Source: Alphaproteobacteria bacterium | GTDB taxonomy: Bacteria > Pseudomonadota > Alphaproteobacteria > UBA828 | NCBI GenBank assembly: GCA_965214705.1 | Contig: OZ243972.1 | Span: 2,048,001 to 2,112,000, forward strand | Direction: 5' to 3' | Length of the DNA stretch: 64,000 nucleotides | In this document: piece by piece, positions 10,054 to 21,493 of the stretch | Layout: the number at the start of each line of letters is the position of its first letter | Numbering within the stretch: position 1 is the first letter of the stretch | Notes under the pieces: model-generated | Database searches by the model: none | Told to the model about the DNA's origin: nothing | What the model saw: the letters and a program-made list of their open reading frames with translations, nothing else | Program-made: the position numbers and the translations under genes

Positions 10054-11481
10054 GTGACGAGACCATCTGCGCAGGCAGACGCTGCGACCGGCGCGACGCG
10101 CCGGCTCGGGCGCTGGGTCGCCGAGGCGCCGCGCATGTGGAGCGAGGACGCAGAGCGCCGGGCCGCGAGCGCCTTCGTGGACACGGTCGCCTGCATGCTG
10201 GCGGGCGCGGACGATCCGGCCCCGCGCGCGGCCCATGCCGGCGTCGCACGCTGGGGCGCGGGCGGCGCGACGGTCGCGGGGACGGCCGTCGCCGGTACGC
10301 CGCACCGGCTTGCCGCCCCCTGGGCCGCGCTGGTCAACGGCACGGCGGCCCATGCGCTGGACTACGACGACATCCTGGAGATCAGCAACGCCCATGTCAG
10401 CGCGGTACTGGTGCCCGCCCTGCTCGCACTCGGGCAAGAGCGGGACGCCGACGGTGCGGCCTGCGTGGACGCCTTCATCGTGGGCGTCGAGGTCATGGCC
10501 CGGCTCGGCGAAGCGCTCAACACGGCCCACTACTTCAGGGGCTGGCACACCACGTCGACGTTGGGCGCGCCCGCCGCTGCCGCCGCCTGCGCCCGGCTGC
10601 TCCGCCTCGATGCGGCGAGAACGACCGCCGTGCTCAGCCTCGCCACCAGCCTCGCCTCCGGCAGCAAGCGGCAGTTCGGCACCATGGCGAAGCCGCTCCA
10701 CGCCGGACTCGCGGCCAAGAACGGGATCATGGCGGCGGCCCTCGCCGAGTCCGGCGTCACCGCCGCGGCGGACGCCTACGAGGGCGCGCGCGGCTTCGCC
10801 GACCTCTTCGCCGGCGTGCCGCGCGAGCGAATGGAGGCGGCGGTCGCGGATTTCAGCGTGCCGCCCGCGATCGAGCGCCACGGCCTATGGCAGAAGGTCT
10901 ACCCTTGTTGCGGCAGCGTCCATCGCCCCCTCGATGCCCTGCTCGATATGCGGGGGGACGGCGCTTTGCGGCCGCAGGCGGTGACCGCGATCGACGCGCT
11001 GGTGGCGGAGATCGAGACGCATAACCTGCCCTACACCGCGCCCGCCGATGCCATGCAGGCGCGCTTCAGCCTGCCCTACCTGCTGGCGAGCGCGCTGGTC
11101 GACGGCCGGCTCGCGCTCGACGCCTTCGCCGGCGATGCGCTGGCGCGGCCGGACGTGCGCACGCTGATCCCCAGGATCCGCATGCGCCCGGACCCGGATC
11201 AGCCCGGCGGTGCCAACGCCGGCGCGGTGACGCTGCGGGCGACGGTCACGGTGCGGCTCGCGAGCGGGGATGAGCGCTCGCGCACGGTGCAGGAGCCGAG
11301 GGGCCATCCGTGCCGGCCGCTCGGCCGCGACGCACTCCGCGCCAAGTTCGTGGACTGCGCGGCGCGCGCTTTGCCGGCGGCGGAACACGAGGCTGCCTTC
11401 GAGGCGCTGGACGGTCTCGCCGGCGCGCGCAGCCTGGATGCGGTCGCCACTCAACTGGGAGCGGGACATGCCCAAGGCTGA
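10054..11481 (+). CDS. MmgE/PrpD family protein
   Basis: NGTAAHALDYDD, GWHTTST, KPLHAG, KVYPCC and ARFSLPY. Confidence 0.92.
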   Translation: MTRPSAQADAATGATRRLGRWVAEAPRMWSEDAERRAASAFVDTVACMLAGADDPAPRAAHAGVARWGAGGATVAGTAVAGTPHRLAAPWAALVNGTAAHALDYDDILEISNAHVSAVLVPALLALGQERDADGAACVDAFIVGVEVMARLGEALNTAHYFRGWHTTSTLGAPAAAAACARLLRLDAARTTAVLSLATSLASGSKRQFGTMAKPLHAGLAAKNGIMAAALAESGVTAAADAYEGARGFADLFAGVPRERMEAAVADFSVPPAIERHGLWQKVYPCCGSVHRPLDALLDMRGDGALRPQAVTAIDALVAEIETHNLPYTAPADAMQARFSLPYLLASALVDGRLALDAFAGDALARPDVRTLIPRIRMRPDPDQPGGANAGAVTLRATVTVRLASGDERSRTVQEPRGHPCRPLGRDALRAKFVDCAARALPAAEHEAAFEALDGLAGARSLDAVATQLGAGHAQG

Positions 11482-12481
11482 AATGGGAGCGGCCGATGCT
11501 GTCGCCTTCACCCAGGCGGCCACGGTGTTCGACTGCCTCGGGCTCTTCTACGTGCTGGACGAGCCCTACGCGACCCGCTGCCTGGAAGCCGGCGTCAATA
11601 TCTGCAACGTGACCTTCGCGCTGGAGAGCACCTGGGACCAGACCATGAGCGCGGTGGACGAGGGTTTTGGCAAGATCGAGGCCAGCCCCGTGCTCGCGCT
11701 TGCCCGCAATCGGGCGGAGATCGAGGCGGCGCTGGCGGCCGGCCGGCTCGCGGTGGTGCCCGGCACCCAAGGCTCCAGCATGATCGGCAAGGAGCTCGCG
11801 CGCGTGGGCGTCCTCGCGCGCCTCGGCTTCCGCTTCTTCGGCCTCGCCTACACCGGCGCCACCCTCTTCGCCGACGGCTGCGGCGAAAAGCGCGACGCGG
11901 GCCTCAGCTTCCTCGGCGAGGAGCTGATCGCGGCGGTGAACGAGACGCCCATGATCCTCGACCTCTCTCACACGGGCCACCGCTCCCGCGCCGAGGCGGT
12001 GCCGCTCGCCCGCGCGCCGGTCTGCACCCATTCCAACGCCTGGCACCACGTGCCCAACGACCGCAACACCAAGGACGAGACGGTGCGCGCCATCGTCGCC
12101 AAGGGCGGCATGATGGGCGCCTGCTGCCTGCCGCTCTCGGTGAGCCCGGCGGACCAGACCCTCGACCACTTGGTCGACCACATCGACCACTTCAAGGCGC
12201 TGGTGGGCTGTGAGCACGTCGGTATCGGTCTCGACTTCACCGAGGCCTACCAGGAAGCCAAGACCGTGCTGCCGGAATCGGTCCGCTGGCGCACGCTCCG
12301 CCCCGACATCTTCGGTCCGGTCGAGGCCTTCGTGACTCAAAGCTATCCGGAAGGCCTGAGCGGAATCGCCGAGTTGCCCAACCTCGCGGGGCGCCTGTTC
12401 GAGCGCGGCTACGGCGAGGACGAGGTGGCCGGAATCCTCGGGGCAAACTGGCTCCGCACGTTCACGAAATTTGTCGGCTAA
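11468..12481 (+). CDS. Membrane dipeptidase (peptidase M19)
   Basis: DLSH, THSN, RN, HVGIGLDF and ILGANWLR motifs. Confidence 0.9.
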   Translation: MPKAEMGAADAVAFTQAATVFDCLGLFYVLDEPYATRCLEAGVNICNVTFALESTWDQTMSAVDEGFGKIEASPVLALARNRAEIEAALAAGRLAVVPGTQGSSMIGKELARVGVLARLGFRFFGLAYTGATLFADGCGEKRDAGLSFLGEELIAAVNETPMILDLSHTGHRSRAEAVPLARAPVCTHSNAWHHVPNDRNTKDETVRAIVAKGGMMGACCLPLSVSPADQTLDHLVDHIDHFKALVGCEHVGIGLDFTEAYQEAKTVLPESVRWRTLRPDIFGPVEAFVTQSYPEGLSGIAELPNLAGRLFERGYGEDEVAGILGANWLRTFTKFVG

Positions 12482-12505
12482 ACTCTGTGCACGGCGCCCT
12501 CAACT

Positions 12506-12591
12506 CGTCATGGCCGGATTTATTCCGGCCATCCACGTCTCGCCGCCGCACCGGGTTGACATGGATGCCCGGATCAAGTCCGGGCATGACG
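12506..12591. repeat. REP/RIME-like palindromic element between convergent genes
   Basis: CGTCATGGCCGG..CCGGCCATCCACGTC / GACATGGATGCCCGG..CCGGGCATGACG inverted arrangement; same family recurs at 25603-25797. Confidence 0.8.
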
Positions 12592-12604
12592 ACGTAGTGG
12601 CGGT

Positions 12605-13678
12605 TCAGCCCCGCGCAGCGCTGGCCTGGGCCGGGCGTTCGGGCTGCTTGAAGCGGGGCATGACCTCCTCGGCGAAGAGCCGCATGTTGCGCAGCACCTT
12701 CTCCTGCGGCATGCCGCCGAAGCCCATGAAGTTCATGAGCTGCCCGACGCCGCCCTCGTCCCGCATCCAGCGGACCTTCTCGGCGACCGCATCGGGCGTG
12801 CCGAACATGCCGAGGTTGTCGTAGACCTCCTCGAAGGGCACCACGTCGAGCCATTCCAGGATGTCGTTGTAGTTCGCGTATTGCGCGGCGACCTTGCTGC
12901 GGTCGCGCTCGCCCCAGATCTTGGCGGCGGTGCGGATGTACCACATGACACAGTTCTCGATGTCGGCCTTCACCGCCGCGTCGCTCTCGCCGACGTAGAC
13001 GAACTCGTTGTGGGTCATGCGCAGGTCGGTGCGGCCGGACTGGGCGCAAAGCCGGTGCCACACGTCGAAGTAGTTGGTCTTTAGGGTCTCGTAGGGGCAG
13101 AGGTAAGGGCCGATCAGGCCGTTGATGCCCCGGTCGATGACCTTCTGCACGGTGTAGTCGCTGAGCGCCGCCTGCCAGAGCGGCGGGTGCGGCTTGGTCA
13201 AGGGCTTGGGCAGGACCTCGATCTCGGGGAAGCGCCAGAACCGGCCCTCGTAGGCGAAGCGCTCCTCGGTCCAGGCGCGCCTGAGGATGTCGAGGGCCTC
13301 GCTGAAGCGCTGCTCGGCCTCGTCCATCGGCACGTCGAAGCCTTTGAACTCGGCCGGCTGGTTGCCGCGCCCGATCCCGACGTCGACCCTGCCGCCGGAG
13401 AGGTGATCGAGCGTGGCCCAGTCCTCCGCCACGCGCAGCGGGTGCTGAAACGGCAGGACCACGACCGCCGTGCTGATGCGGATGCGGGAGGTGCGCTCGA
13501 TCGCCTGGGCCGCGAGCACCGGCACCGCCGCTCGGCCGTACTGGCTGAAGTGGTGCTCGGTGAACCAGACCGCGTCGTAGCCGAGCTCTTCGGCGACCTC
13601 GACCTGCTCGATGAGCGTCTCGAAGGGCTCGGGATCGCTCTCGCGGACCGCCGGCACGAGAATCAGCGAGAATTCCAT
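12605..13678 (-). CDS. LLM-class flavin-dependent oxidoreductase (luciferase-like)
   Basis: WFTEHHF, HPLRVAEDWATLDHLSGGR and GIGRG. Confidence 0.93.
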   Translation of the reverse strand: MEFSLILVPAVRESDPEPFETLIEQVEVAEELGYDAVWFTEHHFSQYGRAAVPVLAAQAIERTSRIRISTAVVVLPFQHPLRVAEDWATLDHLSGGRVDVGIGRGNQPAEFKGFDVPMDEAEQRFSEALDILRRAWTEERFAYEGRFWRFPEIEVLPKPLTKPHPPLWQAALSDYTVQKVIDRGINGLIGPYLCPYETLKTNYFDVWHRLCAQSGRTDLRMTHNEFVYVGESDAAVKADIENCVMWYIRTAAKIWGERDRSKVAAQYANYNDILEWLDVVPFEEVYDNLGMFGTPDAVAEKVRWMRDEGGVGQLMNFMGFGGMPQEKVLRNMRLFAEEVMPRFKQPERPAQASAARG

Positions 13679-13800
13679 GAACGCCTCCCGGATTCGGTGC
13701 TGCCGCGCACCTTACGCGGTTGACCCGCCGCCCCCTTGTGCCTAGATGCCAGGAGAGCGGCCGCGCTGCCCGGCAGAGCATGGCGATGCGCGTCGCCTGA

Positions 13801-14910
<1,110 letters not shown>

Positions 14911-14983
14911 TCCCCCTCCCATTTGCGGGGCCCGCAGCGGCCGCCGCGTGTATACTCCCGAACCCAGACAGGGAAGCATCGCG

Positions 14984-16132
14984 ATGACCGTGGACGGACC
15001 GCTCAACGGCGTCACCGTAATCGACCTGACGCGCGTGCTCGCCGGGCCATACTGCACCCTGGTGCTGGCCGATCTCGGCGCCCGCGTGATCAAGGTGGAG
15101 ACGCCGGGCGGCGGCGACGATTCCCGCGCCTTCGGCCCCTTCGTGGGCGGAAAATCCGCCTACTTCATGTCGATCAACCGCGGCAAGGAGAGTATCTCCC
15201 TCAACCTCAAGGACGACGGCGACCGCGCGGTCTTCGAGGAGCTGCTGGCGGACGCCGACGTGGTGATCGAGAACTTCCGCGCCGGCACCATGGAGCGCCT
15301 CGGCTACGGCTGGGAGGCGTTGCACGAACGCTACCCGCGCCTGATCTACGCGGCCTGTTCGGGCTTCGGCCACACCGGGCCCTACGCCGGCCGGCCGGCC
15401 TACGACGTAGTGGTGCAGGCCATGGGCGGCATCATGAGCCTGACCGGCCAGCCCGGCGGGCCGCCCGCGCGGGTGGGAAGCTCCGTCGGCGATATCGTGG
15501 CCGGGCTGTTCACGGCGATCGGCATCAACGGCGCGCTCTACCGGCGGACCATGACGGGCGAGGGCGTGAAGCTCGACGTTTCCATGCTGGATTGCCAGGT
15601 GGCGATCCTGGAGAACGCGCTCGCGCGCTACTTCGCCTCGGGCGAGGTGCCGGGGCCGCTGGGCACGCGCCACCCCTCGATCACGCCGTTCCAGGCCTAC
15701 GCGACCGCCGACGGGTACGTGGTCATCTCCGCCGGCAACAACACGCTGTTCGCGACGCTTTGCAACGCGTTGGAAAGGCCCGACCTCGCCGAAGACCCGC
15801 GCTTCGTCGACAACCCCGCGCGCAACGCCAACATTGACGCGCTGGAGCAGGAGTTCGAGGCGATTCTGACGGCGCAGCCGACGGCGCACTGGCTCACGGT
15901 GCTGGAAGAGGCGGGCGTGCCGTGCTCGCCGATCAACCGGGTGGATGACGTGCTTGCCGACCCGCAGGTCGCGGCACGCAACATGGTGATCCGGGCCCAG
16001 GACCCGGTCGCAGGGGAGGTGCAGATGGCAGGCAATCCGATCAAGCTCTCGGGCTATCCCGACCCGACCGAACGGCCGCCCGCGCCGGAGCTCGACCAGC
16101 ACCGGCAGGCGATCGTCGACGGAGACCAGTGA
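14984..16132 (+). CDS. CaiB/BaiF family III CoA transferase
   Basis: DLTRVLAGP, ADLGARVIKVE, NRGKES, ENFR and YDVVVQAMGG. Confidence 0.95.
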   Translation: MTVDGPLNGVTVIDLTRVLAGPYCTLVLADLGARVIKVETPGGGDDSRAFGPFVGGKSAYFMSINRGKESISLNLKDDGDRAVFEELLADADVVIENFRAGTMERLGYGWEALHERYPRLIYAACSGFGHTGPYAGRPAYDVVVQAMGGIMSLTGQPGGPPARVGSSVGDIVAGLFTAIGINGALYRRTMTGEGVKLDVSMLDCQVAILENALARYFASGEVPGPLGTRHPSITPFQAYATADGYVVISAGNNTLFATLCNALERPDLAEDPRFVDNPARNANIDALEQEFEAILTAQPTAHWLTVLEEAGVPCSPINRVDDVLADPQVAARNMVIRAQDPVAGEVQMAGNPIKLSGYPDPTERPPAPELDQHRQAIVDGDQ

Positions 16133-18579
16133 TGCGCGCCGCGGCCTTTGACAGGGCAGGTCGGCGGCAGGGCATCACATTCAGGCGGCTTCGACCGTAC
16201 TGCGCGGCGGCCGGCGCGCTGGCGCTGCTCGGCGTGCTGCTCGCGGCGGGCTCTTGCTCCTGGTTCGCGCTCCCCTCCTACGACGACGCCGAGGAGGTCT
16301 CCGGCCTCGATGCGCCGGTGGAGGTGGTCCGCGACGCCCATGCGATCCCCCACATCTATGCCCAGTCGCCCAGGGACGGCGCCTTCGCCATGGGCTACGT
16401 CCACGCGCAGGACCGGCTCTGGCAGCTTGAGCTGCAGCGCAGGATCGGCCAGGCGCGGCTCGCGGCGGTGGTGGGCGAGCCCGGCATCGAGACCGACAGG
16501 TTCCTGCGCACGCTGGGCCTCTACCGCGTCGCCGAGCGCAACTTCGAGAAGCTGGAGCCCGAGGTGCAGGCGATCTACGAGGCCTATGCCGCCGGCGTGA
16601 ACGCCTATCTGGAGACCCGCTCCGAGATGTTGCCGCCCGAGTTCGTCCTGCTCGGCCACGAGCCCGAGCCCTGGCGGCCGGCTGACAGCCTGGTCTGGCT
16701 CAAGATCATGGCCTGGGACCTGGGCGACAACTTCAGCGACGAGCTGCTGCGCGCGCGCCTCGCCGGCAAGCTCGACCGGGCACAGCTGCAGGACCTCTGG
16801 GCCCAGCATCCGGACGATCCGCCCATGGGGCCGCATGGCGAGGCGCCGGCCTTCGACCCCGCCGGCATCGATTACGCGGCGCTGGATGCGGCCGTGGACG
16901 GCGCCGTGCCGGCGCTGCGTGCCTCCGGCCTCGGCTCCAATGCGTGGGTGCTGAGCGGCGCGCACACGGAATCCGGCAAGCCGCTGCTGGCGAACGACCC
17001 GCACCTGCGGCTGGAGATCCCGAGCGTCTGGTACCTCGCCCACGTCTCGACGCCCGAGTTCGAGGTCGTGGGCGCGACGCTGCCGGGGCTGCCCTTTCCG
17101 CTGCTGGGCCGCACCCAGCATCTCGCCTGGGGCTTCACCAACACCGGGCCGGACGTGCAGGACCTCTTCATCGAGCGGCTCGACCCCGAGGACTCCGCGC
17201 GCTACCTCGCGCCGGAGGGGAGCCTCGCCTTCGACGTCCGCACCGAGACCATCGAGGTGAGCGGCGGCGATCCCATCGAGCTCACGGTGCGCGAGACGCG
17301 CCACGGGCCGGTGGTCTCCGACGTGCTGGAGGATACCGAGGAGTACCTGGAGGCGGGCCACGAGCTCGCGTTCTCCTGGACCGCGCTGGCGGACGACGAC
17401 AAGAGCGCCGAGGCGCTGGTGAATGCCACCGGGGCGGAGGACTGGGAGAGCTTCGTCGAGGCGGTGAGCGACCTCAGCGTGCCGCAGCAGACCATGGTCT
17501 TCGCGGACGCCGACGGCAACATCGGCTACGTGGCGCCGGGCCACGTGCCGATCCGCGCCTCGGGCCAGGGCCACATGCCGGTGCCGGGCTGGACCGGCGA
17601 GCACGACTGGGTGGACCGCGTGCCCATCGATGCGCTGCCGGGGGACCACAACCCGCCGTCGGGCCGCATCGTCACCGCCAACAATCGGATGGTCGCCCCC
17701 GACTATCCCTATTACCTGACCGACGACTGGACCCCGCCCTACCGCGCGCAGCGGATCGAGGCGCTGCTCGACGCCCGGCCCAAGCACGACGTGGCGAGTT
17801 TTTCGGCGATCCAGCAGGACCTGGTCTCGCTCGCTGCGGCGCGGCTCACGCCGGTGCTGCTGGGGCTCGCCGAGCCCTCGAACGACACCATGCGCACCGC
17901 GCTCGCCATGCTCGGCGATTGGGACCACGGCATGCAGCCGGATCGCACGGAGCCGCTCATCTACATGGCGTGGGTCCGGGAGCTGATGCACGTGCTCTTC
18001 GCCGACGAGCTGGGCGACGTGTTCGAGGACTACTGGAAGATCCGCACCGAGGTGATCCACCGCGCGCTCGGCGAGCGCCAGGCGTGGTGCGACGACGTGA
18101 GCACCGCAGGCGCGCAGGAGACCTGCGCAGACGCCGTGAGCCGGGCGCTCAAGGTCTCGCTCGAATACCTCGCCGTCACCTACGGCCACGACATGGAGGA
18201 CTGGCGCTGGGGCGAGGCCCACGCGGTCCACATGAAGAGCCGCATCCTGGGCGAGGTGCCGGCCATCGGCTCCTGGTTCGAGGTCAACATGCCGACGGGC
18301 GGCGAGAAGGAGACGGTGAAGGCCGGCGGCTTCGACGTGGACGACCCGGAGCGCCCGTTCGCGCAGAACCACGGCGCGGGCTACCGCGCGGTCTACGATC
18401 TTGCGGAGCCCGAGAACTCGGTCTTCGTCATCAGCACGGGGCAGTCCGGCAACCCGCTCTCGTCCTACTACGAGGACTACGCTGAGCCCTGGCGTGACGG
18501 GGAATACCTGCCCATGCTCACCGACCGCGCGGCCGTGGAGGAGGACGCGCTGGGGACGCTGGTTCTAAACCCGAGGTAA
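16129..18579 (+). CDS. Penicillin acylase family Ntn-hydrolase
   Basis: GYVHAQDRLWQ and GSNAW (catalytic Ser), LLANDPHL, GQSGNP; stop codon now supplied by the IS66 end. Confidence 0.93.
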   Translation: MMRAAAFDRAGRRQGITFRRLRPYCAAAGALALLGVLLAAGSCSWFALPSYDDAEEVSGLDAPVEVVRDAHAIPHIYAQSPRDGAFAMGYVHAQDRLWQLELQRRIGQARLAAVVGEPGIETDRFLRTLGLYRVAERNFEKLEPEVQAIYEAYAAGVNAYLETRSEMLPPEFVLLGHEPEPWRPADSLVWLKIMAWDLGDNFSDELLRARLAGKLDRAQLQDLWAQHPDDPPMGPHGEAPAFDPAGIDYAALDAAVDGAVPALRASGLGSNAWVLSGAHTESGKPLLANDPHLRLEIPSVWYLAHVSTPEFEVVGATLPGLPFPLLGRTQHLAWGFTNTGPDVQDLFIERLDPEDSARYLAPEGSLAFDVRTETIEVSGGDPIELTVRETRHGPVVSDVLEDTEEYLEAGHELAFSWTALADDDKSAEALVNATGAEDWESFVEAVSDLSVPQQTMVFADADGNIGYVAPGHVPIRASGQGHMPVPGWTGEHDWVDRVPIDALPGDHNPPSGRIVTANNRMVAPDYPYYLTDDWTPPYRAQRIEALLDARPKHDVASFSAIQQDLVSLAAARLTPVLLGLAEPSNDTMRTALAMLGDWDHGMQPDRTEPLIYMAWVRELMHVLFADELGDVFEDYWKIRTEVIHRALGERQAWCDDVSTAGAQETCADAVSRALKVSLEYLAVTYGHDMEDWRWGEAHAVHMKSRILGEVPAIGSWFEVNMPTGGEKETVKAGGFDVDDPERPFAQNHGAGYRAVYDLAEPENSVFVISTGQSGNPLSSYYEDYAEPWRDGEYLPMLTDRAAVEEDALGTLVLNPR

Positions 18580-18847
18580 CTACCCAGGTACCCCGCCGCC
18601 AGATCTGAGTGCGTGCTGATGTTGGTCGCCGCCGGTGCCGTTTGGCCGTCGGCGCATCGATGATCTGCCCCTTGACTGTATAGGCGCGCTCGCCTATGGG
18701 TTGCTCTCTCGCATGAGAGGAGCAGCCGGTGGGGTATTTCGGATCGAAGGCGACGACCGGTCTGAGCCAGGCGCTGATTGCGCTGATGCCCCCGCACTCT
18801 GTCTATATCGAGAGCCACTTGGGGGGCGGGGCGCTGATGAAGCGCAA

Positions 18848-20943
18848 CCCATCTTTGCCATTTTGGCGCGCGCCTGCGACCTAAGTAGTTGCGATGATGG
18901 GCTGATTTTCTGGCCCATCTGGGATTATGGCACTACGTTTGTGCGCTCATCGCGACACTCCCGGGAGCACCGCCCGGCGCCTGTGGGGATCCACCGTGAG
19001 GCCCGCCGCCTGCGCGATGACGCGCGCCTCGGCGTCGGGTTGAGCATCCTGGCGGATGACGATGCGGTTTCCGTCCACCTCCCGGATGGTGGAGGTGAGA
19101 CGCACCCAGCCCGCGAGCTTGTCGCGGATCGTACTCCAGCGGTCATGCAAGCCGTGCGCCGCCAGACGGGTTCGCAGCAGATGAACCGCGTGGTAGGCGA
19201 GGACGGCGATGAACAGGTGGGCGGCGATGCGCGAGGTCTTGGAGTGCCAGACCGGGCGCAGGCCGATTTCGGATTTCAGGCTGCGGAAGGTGGCCTCGAG
19301 CTCTGTGAGCTTCCAGTAGGTTCGGACCACGGTTTCAAGATCCCACTCGACGTGGCTGGTGCGCAGCACATAGATGCCCGCTTGGCGGTCGCGCTCGGCA
19401 TGGAGAGCGTTGCGCCTCCAGCGGACCGCACTGGCCCGCCCCTTCTCTCCGGGCTCGACCTCGATGTCGTACTGACGGTGGACGCGCCTGTACCTTTCCT
19501 TCAGCCGGCCCAGCTTCTCCATCACCTTGGTGAACTGCTTGATGTGGTTCTTCTTCGACAGCCCGCCATGCAGGGCGCGCAGGGCGTCCTCGAAGTTGTG
19601 ACGCTGACGGGCGAGCACGGCCTCGTCCTTCTGCTGGCGCTCATGGCTCCAGACGCACAGGTGCGCTTCGTCGTCCCCTGCCGCGAGACGCCAGGCGCGG
19701 GCATCGTGGCCGGCCCGGGTTTCGAAGGCGGCATCGGCTTCGCGCCCGGGCGGCGCCGAGACGCCGCGGCGAACGGTGATCCAGTGATAGCCGCCCGCCC
19801 GCAGCCAGGCGAGGTTGGCCTCGGTGGAGATGCCGGCGTCCATGATGACCGTGGGCCTGGGGGCGTTGCTGCCGCGCGCTTGGCATTCCAGCCGCCCGAT
19901 GGCGTCGGCGAGAGTGGCCGGCTCGGAGATGTTGCCGGGCAGGATCTCGCTGTGCTGCGGAAAGCCGGCCTGGTTCAGCGACAGGGCCAGGGTCACGATC
20001 GGACAATCGTCACGCCTCTGCTTCGAGCGCCCGAAGCGGGCCAGCGCGGAGCTGGGCCGTCCGGTCATATGGGTGTTGGTCAGGTCGAAGAAGACGATGG
20101 TGTCGGGGATGCCGAAGAGATCGCGCTCCCGGGCGCACAGCGCCTCTTCAAGCGCCGCGCGGTGACGCCACAAGAGGTCGCCGATGCGGTAGAGCTTGCT
20201 GAGCGTGAGCGACTTGCCGCTGTCGACATCGAGCAACTCCAGGGTCGCGCTGTTCGCGCTCAGCCAGCGGAAGGCCTCGCGCTCGCTGGAGGGATGGATC
20301 ATGCGCGCGACCACCAGTGCCGCCGCGATGCGTGCGTCGCGCTCACTTGCGCCCAGCCTCTCCAGCGTCTCGATGAAGCGAAGGTCGTCAAGCGCGGCGA
20401 GAGCCAGGCGCTCGCAGCCCACCGAGCGGACCTGTTCGTGGGAGAGGCTATCGAGACGGACCGTGGCCAGGTCGCTCTCGTCCCCGGGCCGCGACGCGCC
20501 GAGATCGCGGGCGTGAAGCCGCCGTACGACGTCCTCGGCGACGGGGCGCAAGGCGGCATCCGGCTCCAGCAGCGGCTCGCTGCCGGCGAGAAGGGTTTCG
20601 ATCAGAAGCGCCAATTCGCGCCATTGCTCCTCGGGCACACCGAAGTCGGCGCCGAGATTGAGGAGCGTGACCTGGCGCACCCTTCCGCCGATGCGTTCGC
20701 TGCGCACGAGGCGGTAGGTGGCATAGCGCTCGCCACCGTCTCCGCGACCGGTGAGGGTTTTGCGAATGAACATGGCGGCAGGGTCACGGACAGTTTGCGG
20801 ACTGTCAAGGAGCGCCGGCCCACAGACCAAAGATTATGGCACTACAATGGACTTCCCAAAACACAATCCAACAAAATCAGTGCCTTAGATCCCAAAGGCT
20901 ACCCAAAATCAGGCCTTCGGGACCGAAAAGTGGCAAAGATGGG
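18848..20943 (-). mobile_element. IS1634 family element type A, copy 1 (2096 bp)
   Basis: IR CCCATCTTTGCCA at both ends; 4-bp duplication GCAA. Confidence 0.93.
18947..20773 (-). CDS. IS1634 family DDE transposase (type A)
   Basis: MFIRK start, FFDLTN, FGRSKQRR, VIMDAGI and EATFRSLKSEIGLRP. Confidence 0.92.
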   Translation of the reverse strand: MFIRKTLTGRGDGGERYATYRLVRSERIGGRVRQVTLLNLGADFGVPEEQWRELALLIETLLAGSEPLLEPDAALRPVAEDVVRRLHARDLGASRPGDESDLATVRLDSLSHEQVRSVGCERLALAALDDLRFIETLERLGASERDARIAAALVVARMIHPSSEREAFRWLSANSATLELLDVDSGKSLTLSKLYRIGDLLWRHRAALEEALCARERDLFGIPDTIVFFDLTNTHMTGRPSSALARFGRSKQRRDDCPIVTLALSLNQAGFPQHSEILPGNISEPATLADAIGRLECQARGSNAPRPTVIMDAGISTEANLAWLRAGGYHWITVRRGVSAPPGREADAAFETRAGHDARAWRLAAGDDEAHLCVWSHERQQKDEAVLARQRHNFEDALRALHGGLSKKNHIKQFTKVMEKLGRLKERYRRVHRQYDIEVEPGEKGRASAVRWRRNALHAERDRQAGIYVLRTSHVEWDLETVVRTYWKLTELEATFRSLKSEIGLRPVWHSKTSRIAAHLFIAVLAYHAVHLLRTRLAAHGLHDRWSTIRDKLAGWVRLTSTIREVDGNRIVIRQDAQPDAEARVIAQAAGLTVDPHRRRAVLPGVSR

Positions 20944-21493
20944 GCAAGCCTGCGGCCGTGCGCTCGATCGGGATTGACCGCGACGAGCGGGCGCTTGAGT
21001 CCTTCGACTGTGGCTACCCGGTGGAGTTGGTGCACGGCTGCGCCCACTCCTTTCTGGCCTCGTTCCCGTTCCTGGGCCCGGAGCTGGTCTACAGCGATCC
21101 GCCCTATCTGCACGCGACCCGGCGTTCGTCGCAGCGCTACCGCTTCGAGTACGAGGAGGCCGACCACGTCGCGCTCCTCGAACTGCTCAAGGGTCTGCCC
21201 TGCCAGGTGATGGTCTCGGGCCACCCGTCTGCGCTCTATGACGAGTTGCTGGCGGGCTGGCGCCGGCTGGCGCTGCAGGTGACGACCCAGGCCCAGGTGC
21301 GGACCGAGGTGGTGTGGTTCAACTTCGCGCCCGACCGGGTGCACTGGGCGAGCTGCGCGGGCCGCAACTTCACCGACCGCCAGCGCATCAAGCGCAAGGC
21401 GGCCAACTGGGGCCGGCGCTACGAGGCCATGCCGGCGGGCGAACGCCTGGCGGTGCTGGCCGCGATCATGGCCGTCGAGGCTGACGAGGGTTT

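Noticed and set aside
18635-20977. 780-aa ORF and similar ORFs opposite the IS1634 transposases (31468-33780, 37314-39347, 41367-43532)
   Set aside because: Antisense shadows; only the terminal part of 31468-33780 is real (recombinase C-terminus).
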